In this document: piece after piece, positions 25,512 to 36,855 of the stretch
Layout: each line of letters opens with the position of its first letter
Position numbering within the stretch: the first letter of the stretch is position 1
Source of the DNA: Rhizophagus irregularis
Lineage: Eukaryota
Assembly (NCBI RefSeq): GCF_026210795.1
Contig: NC_089431.1
Span: forward strand, 1,674,001 to 1,738,000
Direction of reading: 5' to 3'
Length of the DNA stretch: 64,000 nt
Notes under the pieces: model-generated
What the model was told of the DNA's origin: nothing
Database searches by the model: none
Seen by the model: the letters and a program-made list of their open reading frames with translations, nothing else
Made by a program: the position numbers and the translations under genes

Positions 25512-26243
25512 TTATTTTTTGTCTCCTCGATTCACGTCAGAAACTATCGGGATAAAAACATTCTTCTCATTACAAGTAAGGGCGATATGTTCACGTGATT
25601 CATGGACATCATAATTGTAACGTTTCAGACACGTCCGGCTCAATCCAATCTCCCTATGCTTGTAATCGCTTAAAACCGCAAGATTCTCAGTGATTACACA
25701 ATCAGGGGTTAGTTTGATTGACACACCTTTTACCATGCCGAATGTCCTACCAGAACCCGGAGCGCCGGATATGTTATGTGTAATACTCTTGTCGATATCC
25801 AACCCTAATTCTTCAGCGGCTTCCCTCTGAATAAAAGACGCGTTAGCACAAGTGTCTGCTAAACACTGAATTGCTATCCCATTGACCTCCCCATCCAGCG
25901 CTAAAAGATCTTTAGTATTCTCCAAACGAGCTATGTCAATATCCATCAGGTCATCTTCCCTGATATCCTCTTCTTGTTTTTCCTCAACTAGGTCTTCAGG
26001 AATCTCCGTACTTTTACGAGCAGACTTTAATTCTTCCCGAAGAATCTCGCGGAGTAATTTTCTAAAATCTGCAGACCTTAATAAACTTAATGAATCATTT
26101 TTGGTGACGGCTTTTATAAGTGTGGGCTTACTACTAGTAACCTTCACAGGAATCTTAATAGGAGTCATTTTAACTGATTTTTTTGGAACAGATTTAAGAA
26201 GTTTCGAGATACTTACACCCTTATCCGAGTTTACTTTTTTTTT
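25512..26243 (-). CDS. Retropepsin-like aspartic protease, in -1 frame relative to the Gag-like ORF
   Basis: VNGIAIQCLADTCANASFI...AEELGL; no ATG near the start; overlaps the A9G-TAA site. Confidence 0.8.
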   Translation of the reverse strand, partial: KKKVNSDKGVSISKLLKSVPKKSVKMTPIKIPVKVTSSKPTLIKAVTKNDSLSLLRSADFRKLLREILREELKSARKSTEIPEDLVEEKQEEDIREDDLMDIDIARLENTKDLLALDGEVNGIAIQCLADTCANASFIQREAAEELGLDIDKSITHNISGAPGSGRTFGMVKGVSIKLTPDCVITENLAVLSDYKHREIGLSRTCLKRYNYDVHESREHIALTCNEKNVFIPIVSDVNRGDKK

Positions 26244-28413
26244 GTACTTCGAACCGCACAAATCCGAAAACCACCTTCCTCATCGGGAACAATTTTCAAG
26301 TCATCAAAACTTGCGGTATTAGTATCAATATCCATAGCATCATCATTAAGATCGAGGTTTCTCATTGCTCGGGCTAATTCCAGATCATCGCGTCTATCTT
26401 TAGCCTTCTGAAGTCTCTTTGGAAATCTTTTAGACGTCTCATATCCCATAATAAGATCAATAACATGTTGATCATCCTCACTAGTCCACTCAGGAGCATC
26501 AGGGTTACCAGGGTCATCACCAAAATCATGATCTACATAACCATCATCCCAATCAGGATCCTGATGATCCTGAACAACGCGTGGCCGTGGCTTTGGCCGA
26601 ACAGGTTTAATCTGTTGTCTATAGACCGGTGGTTTACGAACTGGCTTAGATGCTTGTAATTGTTTAAATTGTGCCTGGAAATTCTTGGTAAGTTCCTCGG
26701 CTTGTGCCATTGAGCAATTCTTGTAATCGTTCTTGAGTAATAACGTCTGTCGACCTTTGTATTACAGCACCTTTGTGTGGAGTCACGGGATGAGTATAGC
26801 CAGCCAATTCCTCTTTTTTAGCCTTTTCAATACCCTGACGCCTTTGTAATCCATAGAACATTTCGCCCTTTCGTCGCTCAAGATCACTCAATCTATCAAT
26901 TAATGTATTAAGAGGTGCCACCCCGATTCTGGAAGCTTCAATAACGTTTTCCGGCAAAAGTCCTCTATAGAACTGGTCAGTAACCATAATTCGATTATAT
27001 CCTACAATATCCCCAGCCCTCTCAACTCGCTTGTAGTAAGATCGAACAGGTTCACCTTGTTCCTGGTAAAGGTTACTAAATCGTATTTGAAGTCTTTCTT
27101 CCACGACGGTTGGAAAATTTGTGCGCATATGCATAAATGCTTGATCCAGGAGAATCCCCTGTAAGACTATTGGTTGATTCTGGACAGCAGCATTAAATGG
27201 ACCTCCATGATTTCCCAACCCATTAACGGGTTGATGAGTAGGACGTCCGCCCACACGTTTCCACTGCTCTTCAACTTTAAAATTCGTTCTAACGATATCA
27301 GCGCGTGATGGGAAAAATGCATTTCCAACGGTTACCGCCGCATTACCTGCAACCCTTGAATATACATCAGCATCAGACCCGGGTAAGTAAGTACCAACAT
27401 GTAATCCATTAGCAACCTCAGGAACAGCTAAAGCTCTGAACGCTCGGCGAGTAGCACCGGCTCCACCATTTGCAGTAGCCACTAACCGAATATTCGAGAG
27501 TTCCCAATTTTTTCCAGTAAGTTCTGCATCAAACCACCTCGCCGCTTCATCTCTCATACAGCTACGAAGAACCCCATCGCTCGCACCCGACCCGGAGGCG
27601 CACCGGCATCGTCCAATGGATCAATACCAACGGTATTAATATACCCTAAAAAGTTATCAATAAAAAGATTAAGATCTTCATCTTCCCGACCATGAAATAT
27701 AGGGGCAGCTATACCAACGGCAGCCATATCGTATTTTGTGGATGGTTGAGAGGAGGTGGAGGAGGGTTCAATTGTCTAATCCGAAACCATTGTACTTGGA
27801 TACGCAGAGCGGCTATTTGTTGGAAAAGTCAATTCCTAAGACGTCCCAATGTCCGAATTCCAAAAAGAACCCGATTATTGGCATATACAAGCCGATTTCG
27901 TGCCGCATCACGCTCGCCTATAGCTCTATTACGTTCACCTATAGCTCTATTACGTTCTCCTCTCATAAGATTATATTGCTGCTGAAGACGACAATTAGTC
28001 GTCCGCATACCACCAAACTCACGTTCCAATTCAGCCAAATTAGCTTCTAAACCAGTAATAGTATCTTGTACGTTATTTAGCTCATCTTGTGTAAGACCTA
28101 ACAAACCCGTTTGAACCTCGAGTTCATCTTGTAATTCATCACGTTCTTTTCGAGATCGATCGCGTTCTGCTTTTAATATATCGCGTTCTTCGTATGTTTC
28201 TCTACAGCGATGAATTAATAAATTAAGAGCATGTTTAAGACGATGGTTTGCATTTTGTACATCTCGATTAACAACCATGCGATCACTGACAGTTAAAAAA
28301 TCTGTTAGATCCTTAATTACCGCAACTAATGGTATATTATTCATATCACGCAAATCCCTAGGAGGCGGTCCAGTAGGCTCTGAAGGAGTATAAATTGCAA
28401 TTGGTGTCGACAT
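26231..28413 (-). pseudogene. Gag-like polyprotein (coiled coil + retroelement capsid), one stop and ~3 frameshifts
   Basis: PIFHGREDEDLNLFIDNF (~27650-27705), SCMRDEAARWF, MHR-like YQEQGEPVRSYYKRV, QFYRGL. Confidence 0.8.
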
Positions 28414-28444
28414 CGTATTTAAACTAAGTTAGAATAAAATTCAA

Positions 28445-29668
28445 ATGGATCTTTATGTATACAATTTGGACGAGTACACGACCGACTCGAGACAGGGTAA
28501 TGAGTTTGCCCCATCATGGCCTTTCCGTCTTGCCGTAGTAGGAAGTTCTGACTCGGGTAAGACAACTATGATTATTAATTTGTTAATGGGAGACAAGAAG
28601 GCAAAGGAGGATGGCGAAAGGTACATATTATGTGATGCGGTAATTCTAGTTGGCAGATACCTCGATGAACCGAAGTGGGCAGTCGTACGTGATTTTTTCA
28701 AAGAAGAAGAAATTCCATTTACCACAGTATCCCATAGTGAGATTCCAAATGTTAAGGACTTCAACTCCACCCAGGCTACTGTGGTAATCTTCGAGGATTT
28801 GATGGATGCGCCTAAAAAAACCCAGGATCTCATCACTGGATTTTTTACACACGGGCGTCACAAAAATATCTCGTGTATCTATGTGGTCCAAAGATTCTTT
28901 GCCATTCCTAAGGCTATTCGAGAAAATGTTAACTACATCTCACTGCATGGAAATCATGAGAGCCTTACAGATACCAAGAGAATCATCCGCCTATATACAG
29001 AAGAATCAGAGTCATTAGCACCAGTAATTGATGATCTTACTCTGCAACGTGAATTTGTAGTGTTTGATCTTAAACGGTCCAAAAGTGATCCACTGTCCAT
29101 TCGAGTAAGATGGGATACTAGTCTCAGTTCGATCACAGAGCAATCTCAGTTCAATTCTAGTTCGATCTCAGTTCAATCTCAGTTTGATCCAAGTTTGAAC
29201 CCAGTTCGATCTCAGTCTGAACCCAGTTCAATCACAGTTCGATCCAAGTTTAGTCCCTATGGTCAGAAAGCTGTATTTGAAGCAAAAAAAGGTGGACACT
29301 TGATTGAATTTGCTCGGGTATTTCCATCCCCTAAAGAACGTCAACATTTACTTGTACCTAGTGTCTTAGCCAAGAATGCAGATACCTGGATTAAATATGT
29401 CTTTCGGGAAGCTTATGGACTCTCTGGTAAGACCCTAGGAGCTGACTTTCAGGATTTCTTAGCAAAAGTACAGGGTAGGACTGCAAAGACTGAAACTCTG
29501 AAAACTGAGAATGTGAAGGAGTTATTCTCCCGATATGAAGCCCTGAAGTCTAGTCGCCCTCTGGATAATAAACAAATAATAGAAGGTATTGAAGTCCTTC
29601 TACAGATCTTTTCTAAGAGCCACATGGACCGTCGAGCATTACAAGTAGGGATTAATAGTATCTTGTGA
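28445..29668 (+). CDS. A32/FtsK-HerA-like viral DNA packaging ATPase
   Basis: Walker A VVGSSDSGKTT, Walker B VVIFEDL, GRH arginine finger, Q sensor, IREN. Confidence 0.88.
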   Translation: MDLYVYNLDEYTTDSRQGNEFAPSWPFRLAVVGSSDSGKTTMIINLLMGDKKAKEDGERYILCDAVILVGRYLDEPKWAVVRDFFKEEEIPFTTVSHSEIPNVKDFNSTQATVVIFEDLMDAPKKTQDLITGFFTHGRHKNISCIYVVQRFFAIPKAIRENVNYISLHGNHESLTDTKRIIRLYTEESESLAPVIDDLTLQREFVVFDLKRSKSDPLSIRVRWDTSLSSITEQSQFNSSSISVQSQFDPSLNPVRSQSEPSSITVRSKFSPYGQKAVFEAKKGGHLIEFARVFPSPKERQHLLVPSVLAKNADTWIKYVFREAYGLSGKTLGADFQDFLAKVQGRTAKTETLKTENVKELFSRYEALKSSRPLDNKQIIEGIEVLLQIFSKSHMDRRALQVGINSIL

Positions 29669-30212
29669 GAATATCAAGTAATTCGTCTGCAGAAGCTCTA
29701 AGAATCATAGCACTTTTTTTACGGCCTTCAAAGTCAATCCTTAACATCTTAGCCTTCAACCCTATTGCTCCTAAAGCACGAGAAGCGAAGTTCTTAGTCA
29801 TTGGATTACTTATATGATTTACATAGTTCTCATAGAATGTAGTGAAAGGCTCGTCAATACCATCTGGATATGTATCCCTTAGAAATTGATATAAAGCAAT
29901 TTCTCCACTGTCATAACCTATGGCTATAAGCTGTTCGAGAAGCCACTTCCTAATATCTTCATATGGCTCTCCATCCATAATATTCATATCCAGTCTTTGT
30001 GTAAACAATCGTGTAAAGTCCACATTACTTCCCCGACGAATGATCTGAACTAACTTATCCCTAGCAAGTCCCAAGGCTTGTAGAGGGTCATTCTCATCAC
30101 TAATCTTTTTTATAATCTGTCTGTATAATACACTGGATAATCCTCTATATGCTGTTTTTGGAGTGATTACTCCATAGTTTTGGCATTGGTTTATTACGAT
30201 TGATGTTGACAT
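29652..30212 (-). CDS. Hypothetical protein; C-terminus resembles the helicase's post-ATPase (winged-helix-like) segment
   Basis: LYQFLRDTY..FTTFYENY..MTKNFASRAL versus helicase LFQFIKDTY..VQEFYRVY..LSKINASRIL. Confidence 0.6.
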   Translation of the reverse strand: MSTSIVINQCQNYGVITPKTAYRGLSSVLYRQIIKKISDENDPLQALGLARDKLVQIIRRGSNVDFTRLFTQRLDMNIMDGEPYEDIRKWLLEQLIAIGYDSGEIALYQFLRDTYPDGIDEPFTTFYENYVNHISNPMTKNFASRALGAIGLKAKMLRIDFEGRKKSAMILRASADELLDILTRYY

Positions 30213-30257
30213 GGCTATCTTTCTTTATGTAAAAAAGAATTATTCAAAATTAAGTAA

Positions 30258-30836
30258 CTATTCGGAGCAGTCCTTGCACAACTTGTCCGTTAAGTCACTT
30301 GGGCTTACAGGCATGAGACATTCCCTACACAACTCAATATTAAGCTCTGCAAGTCTCGGGGTATGGTCCTCCAAAATTCGTGGACGACCGGAAGGACCGA
30401 TAGTTGTCATATCAGTCATATCCTGCTGTAAGATAAAATCATCATATTCATCTTGATCAGCCTGAATAGCAGTCCTGATTTGTTGTATATCATTGAAAGT
30501 TAACCGCTGTCCATCAAGATTTTCCTCATTATAGCGTGTTTCATTGATGATTTCCTCTATAAGCGCCTCTTCTTCATAATGGACAAGGTAGTAATCCTCA
30601 ACTACCTCATAGTCACTCTCAATCAGTCTATGATATGTTTTAGTACCACGTCGAACATAACGTCCTGTATCTGTATTTAAATATACAGGTTGCTCTTCAG
30701 GTGGAGGTGCAGTTTGTCTACGGACAAGCCTTCCATCAATATAATCATGGGATTCCATAACTATTCGATTAAAGGTATCTCCACCGATAATAATTGGACG
30801 TCCAGTTATAGGGTTAGCTATATAAGGGTAAGACAT
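30258..30836 (-). CDS. Protein with two NPxTGR motifs (2-cysteine-adaptor-like) and a C-terminal CxxC..CxxC
   Basis: NPITGRPIIIGGDTFNRI and NTDTGRYVRRGTKTYHRL; CREC..CKDC. Confidence 0.6.
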   Translation of the reverse strand: MSYPYIANPITGRPIIIGGDTFNRIVMESHDYIDGRLVRRQTAPPPEEQPVYLNTDTGRYVRRGTKTYHRLIESDYEVVEDYYLVHYEEEALIEEIINETRYNEENLDGQRLTFNDIQQIRTAIQADQDEYDDFILQQDMTDMTTIGPSGRPRILEDHTPRLAELNIELCRECLMPVSPSDLTDKLCKDCSE

Positions 30837-31186
30837 GTCTTTTTTCTGTATGTGTCTACATACCTAATAGTTTTCTTCAATTTACAATAACCAAGTGACA
30901 CGGTCATCAGTCCTTATTAAGGCAAACATGGCATAGTAGCCTTTATCTTTATTAAAATTATTTATCGAACTTACAAAAATAATATAAAATTTTCAAAGTA
31001 CAAAAAAAAAATAAAATTAACTAAAAACAAAACTATATAGTCTCCAAAACAGTAATAAAGCTATAAAATTAATTCGAAAAGGAAAAAATCGCATAACACT
31101 AAAACTATCCTGATCCTCCGCCTAGATATATTCCAACCTAAGAAGAAGCAACTATGCAAACAAACCAACGAACAATGCGCCCATTG

Positions 31187-34100
31187 TTAAAATCGACACA
31201 CCACCCTGCTAAAGCTGTTAGTAAGTTGCACCGTTAGACGACCCATAAAACCCGAATAGTGATTAAACCAAGGCAAACCATATTTCATCGAGTTCTTTAA
31301 ATAATCAACGTCGGAGTCACGTGCGGCGTCAGAAAGGGTCGGAGGAGGTAAAGTTGAGAAAGGTAAGTACGTGGACTTTGGCAAATTTGAAGGCCGAGAA
31401 AGTTTGAGTTTATGAGTAATATTCATCGTGTCTTCCCATATAGATTTATCATAGGAGCGCGGTAGCCAAATTCGTTTTCTGATCTTTTGGATAAAGTGAT
31501 TGTGAATAGCAGAGATAACCTTCATCGCAGAATTTCGTGGAATAGAAAGTTCTTCAAAAAATTCGACAAAGGATTTCGGAAGGCAGCCACGGACAAGGCT
31601 ATATGAAGTCCAATTTGAAGAAGAAAAGGACCAACAAGGAAGAGATTTAAATTTGTTAATAATTAGAGACGGATCTTTGTTAACAAGATCACCAGCTTCT
31701 TGAAGTTTGTTGATAAAATGATTTTGGTAAGAGAGGAGAATCTGTTCCATAATGATTCGTCTACATTTGCACATAAATAAGTGCATGAAATCTTCCTTGG
31801 AGTCGAGGCATGAACGACATAATAAGATGTCGATATACAAGTCCGGGCGGATTCTTTTAAGATGTTCCAAGATAGGTAAATCATCCAAAAAGAGTTTGAA
31901 TTTGAAGGTTCGATGAGAAGAAGCATGAGCACGAGTAAAAGAAGCATCATGCTGAGGTTCAGCATTTAACGTGAACCAGGTAAGATCCCAATCGATTACA
32001 AAGTCTGAGATGGAAGATAAAGCAATGGTAAAGTTAAATCGCGATAAACGCGTTAATCTATGCATCCACAGCATTTGCGAATATTGCTTGAATAGGCGTC
32101 GTGGGTTAGATTCTCATAAAATATCATCATATTTTAATAAGAAATCGTGAGGAGATACTTGATCCAGATCAGAAAGAAGAATTGCTGAAGAGGAAGTATG
32201 CGCAGAGTTGGCCAGTGAGTCCGCGTAGTCATTGTAGAAATTACCAGAGTGACCTTTCACTTTAACGGCCATGACGGTTAAAGATTTGGATGAAATGAGA
32301 CGTTCAATAATAGCCCAAAGTTCAAAATTGGTGGTCTTGTAATAAAGCCTACTATTAGAATAAGAAAAGGTAGCACATAGACGAAGACCGTCTATGGCAG
32401 ATTGAGAGTCAGTATGAATAGTGACCGTTGAAGAGGGAGGAGTGACTGTAAGAGCAGCATGTATAGTGGCGATTTCAGCTCTTGTAGAAGAAGGCCAATT
32501 GTGAATAATTCCATGAGCGTGAGCAGCGATAGATTGGAAAAAGCCAGCGCCATCAAGGACTTGAACCCAAGACCAACCCATAGAAACATCAGGAGTGCCA
32601 AGGTTAATTAAAGAACCATCGGTATAAAAACAATAATGGTTATCAGGAGGAGTCGCTAACGGTGAGGCAGCAAAAGCAAGAGGGGCAGCCGAACTCAAAG
32701 AGGGAGGAGGAAAAGGAGAGGGGAGAATAACCACATCTTCTTGTGAAAAATTAGGTTGAATGTCCAAATGACCATAATAGGATCTTACAGTCTCGTCAAG
32801 GTCCGCCCAAGTAAAAGGAGAAGTAATAGTGGTGGTGTCATGTCTAATACGCTCCTGCGTTGTTGGGAGAAGTAAAGATCTAAGAGGAGAGAGTTTTGGG
32901 ATGATACATAAAGGAGTAACATCTGTTGGATTACTTTTAGTATGGGTAACCGGTACATGTTTAGAACAACCGGGACAAGGAGTAAGCGTGATAACATCAT
33001 TAGGTCGAATCACACAATCAGAGGTCCAATGGACAATCTTGCAGGAATATTGTTGTTTACTGAGCTGTTTTCCAAAAAGAGGAGAGCCATCATCATCCAA
33101 AGTTACGATCCATTTCATGGATTTGTGAGAGGAACCAAAGGCGGGGACCAAGTCGATATTGGAAGGAATAGCATCAGAAAAGAACCGATCCAAAAGAAGA
33201 GAGTTGGAATCTGGAGTAGTGACGCATTGATGAATGTCATTGAACCATTTGTGTGGGAGGACACGATGACCTTTCTTGCTCGATAAATTGGATAGATAAA
33301 TGTTCCAAGTAATCATATGGGTTCCTTGAGGCGTAATAAATTGTGATAGGTAATAAAGTTGCAAGCTTCTAAGACGTCGGAAGTAAGAAATAAAAATTTT
33401 TGGAGTCATAACATCATATAAAGGTGTATGACCATTGGACATAGTAAGGTCAGGCAAGGTTGAAAGTTGTGAACGCAACAACTTGAAGGGAGTGGTGGTC
33501 AGGAGAGCAATAGTACAAGCGATATAATCCTGTTTAAAAGCAAAAAGTTTAGACCATATAGTCCAATCTTTAACCAACAATGGGGAAATAGGAATTAAAA
33601 AAGAAAATTGAATTAAACGTAATCTATATAGAAATAAAATTTTCATAAAGGAAGAAGAAGAATTAGCTAATAAAAACAAATTAGTTAAATGTGTTTGTGA
33701 TTGGTGAAAAAATAAATTAATCAATCCCAAGCCCTGAGATAAGAACAAAATAGAATCAGGGAGTACTCGTGAAAAGTTGGCCTTATGTTTAACCAAGGAA
33801 CGGATACTGCTGGTTGCCGAGGCACATTCAGATTCGGAGAGGTGAGTGACTTGCATACGATATTCCAGCTTCGGAATAAGGACGGTATTGTGCAGATAAA
33901 CAACTTGTTTTGCAGATAGTTTGGCAGGGCGAACGATAGCCGCGAAGGAATTGCATTCACGAGCAACTTGCTTCTTGACAAAATCACGAGAACCGGTGAC
34001 ATTGAACCAGACGCCTAGGAAGCGAAAAGAGCTATTCATGGAGATAGGCACAATAGAAATGGAAGGAACTTTGTTCAGTCCAGATAATTGCAAGTCAAAC

Positions 34101-36808
34101 ACGACTGGAGAAGGCGAAGAAACTGAAGTGGGAGGCAATGAATTAGTAATTAAAACATATTTGTTGTGATTAGCGGAAGTGTTATTGATTTGATAAAATT
34201 CTTCCGTAATAGAAAGCATTGATTCCATTCCAGATTTGGATGACGAAATTAAAGTAGAGTCATCCATAAAGACCAAATTATTGATACGTAATCCATCTGA
34301 ATTAGTCTGAGCTGAAGGATCGATTAAAGGGGGAGCATGAAGCGTATATGGATCCATCATTTCTTTTTTGAGAACAGTCAATAGAGGGTCTATATATATG
34401 ACCCAGAGTAAAGGAGAGATAACTTCGCCTTGATCTATACCAATGCGAACACGGTAAGAAGGAGTAGTTCCATGAGCAGTAAAAATGCGATTAGAGCGTT
34501 TCATGAACAGGGATAAAATAAACTTGGTAGCAGAAGCAGGAAGTTTAATGCGTTCTAGAGCGAAACGCAACATCTTGAGTTCAACCGAGTCGAAAGCCTT
34601 TGAAATATCTTGCGAAAGGATCCAAAGCGGCGATTTGTTGACATGAGCATCATGGATAATAGATTCAAGAACGACAATAGGGTCGCGACAAGAACCACCT
34701 GGGAGACCGGCGAAGTTACCTCCTTTGAGAACTTCATTTGAAGCCAAAATGGAAGCGAGACGATTATAAAAAAGTTTGACCAAAGATTTTCTAATTACTT
34801 CAAGCAGAGTAATAGGTCTTGTATTCTTTAGTTGACATTTCCATTCGTGAGGTTTAGGGATAGGAAAGACCATAGCCTGACGCCATAAATCAGGAATATC
34901 TGCAGTGCGAAGACATGATTGGACAAGGATTAAAACCAAAGCAGAAGCATTTGAACCCAGACGCTTGAGCATCTCATAAGTAATCATAGAAGGACCAGGA
35001 GCTTTGTCATTAGGCATAGAAGAGACCGTAGACAACCATTCTTCTAGAGTAGGAGGATCCAATAAAGAATTATAAATAGAGGGATCTATATCGTCCATAG
35101 AGTGATAAGCAGAAGACCATCGTTCAGGGAGAGCTGAAATGTTTTCTGGAGACGATGATTTCATAGGAACGGAATTTTGGAAGTGGTCGATAACGGCATC
35201 GTCAATATCATGTGGGTCTGTCAATAATTTTGGATGTGTAGGGTGGTCGATAAACACACGATCCAAGGTAATACGACGTCGAGTTCTTGAAAGAGCGGAA
35301 TCAATAAATGAAGAAATGTCAGTTGCAAAATTGTTATCCCTATCATCCAATTTAGCACGAATGGAAGAATCTTGAAAATCTTTTTCTTTAAGAAGAAGAA
35401 GGCCATAAAGGGCGGTAGAAATAATCTTTAAAGAGTCTAATAGAAATTTAAAATCGTCTTGCCTACAAATGGATAAAGAAACAGGCAAAACAGGGGGAGA
35501 AGGAATAACCTTCTTATAAAGATATAGAATATTTTGAAGTCTAATGAAATGGGTGGACCAAGTACGTTCATATCTATTATAATAAGTAGAAGGATATTTT
35601 CGCAATAAACGTATCGAATGCAAAAGACGGCTGAGGAAACGATAATGTTGAGTTAAGGCTTCCAAATCCTTGGGCATCGTGGGTGTATGCTGATTACCAA
35701 CTATAACAGATGGAAGGGAAGCATTAGCAGCTTTCAATATACGAGAATGTAAATATTCGCATTGTTGATTAATATGCCATGTTGAGAAGGTTGATGGCGG
35801 TACGTCGCATAAAGAGTCAGTATGAGCAGAGAAGAATTCACATTGTTGATCAGCCACTGAATCAAATTTGAATATGCGGCGATTTTGACGTTGAAGTTGT
35901 TTAGCGCGAGCAACCTTGATAGACGCAAACAAGAGTGAATCATCGAAATAAGCGATGATGGAATTATGATCAGAAGAGCAGGTGTCTTGAGCGTCAAATA
36001 TATAGGAGGTGAGAGCAAAGCTTTTAAGCATTGGACAAGACCAAACATAGTCGATACGAGTAACTTGATCGTCACGGTGAAAAGTGCCTAAGGAATCAGA
36101 AGCGTTAACAGGAATAGTTTCTTCATATCCATGAGATAAAAGATGATGTAGCAAACGATAAGTTCGTTGGGAAGCAACAGAAGGGCGGTTAAAATAAATA
36201 GGATAATAGGCATCTAAATGCATATTGAAATCGCCACAAATGGCGTGATAAAAATTTTGTTGTTTAGTTTGCACTAATAATTGTAAAAGGAGATCAATGG
36301 TTTCAGATCGTAATTTAGAATCGGAAATAGGAGGGATATATATAACAAAAATACGCAATTTAATGTTGCCTTTAAAATAAAGGTCAACAGATAAAATACG
36401 TGAGGAATGTGAAACAAAATCTTGTACATGAGAAGCAAGAGATTTTTCAATAAAAAGGGAAACGCCACCAGTAGATTTGACTTGTTTAGTTTTATCTATG
36501 TCAGAGGAAAAGACAGTATAATTAGGAAGGCGTTTAGATAAAAAATGAATTTGCTTGGGGGATAAATGGGTATCTACAATACCACCAAAGGAAATATGTT
36601 TAAGGTTGAAAAAGTTTGAAATTTGTTCAATTTTAACTTGGCTATTATGTCGAAGGCCATTAATATTAAAGGATGAAATATTAAAGGAATTGGGGATAGG
36701 GGAAGAATTTAATGTAGTAAATAAAGATTCATGTTCTGAAAAATTATAAGTATCTACAGGATTGAGTGGGTTTCGAACAAGCGTATCATAATTAAAATTG
36801 TCAGACAT
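31187..36808 (-). pseudogene. LINE ORF2 (APE endonuclease, RT, RNase H, C-terminal zinc finger), one in-frame TGA at 32114-32116
   Basis: SFNINGL, GDFN, RIDY, SSDH; DISKAFD, QGEVISP, FMDD; YTDGS, TDSQ, VKGHSG; CRSC..H..C after the stop, same frame. Confidence 0.93.
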
Positions 36809-36855
36809 TAGAACACTATGATAATAAAGTACGGGGAAAGGAGGTGAGAAATCAG

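Noticed and set aside
24395..28413. Integrase plus gag-pro as a decayed LTR retrotransposon
   Set aside because: The integrase is on the opposite strand from gag-pro, and there is no RT/RNase H, LTR, PBS or PPT.
32114..32116. Programmed readthrough or a third ORF in the LINE
   Set aside because: A single in-frame TGA without a leaky context is more simply a nonsense mutation.
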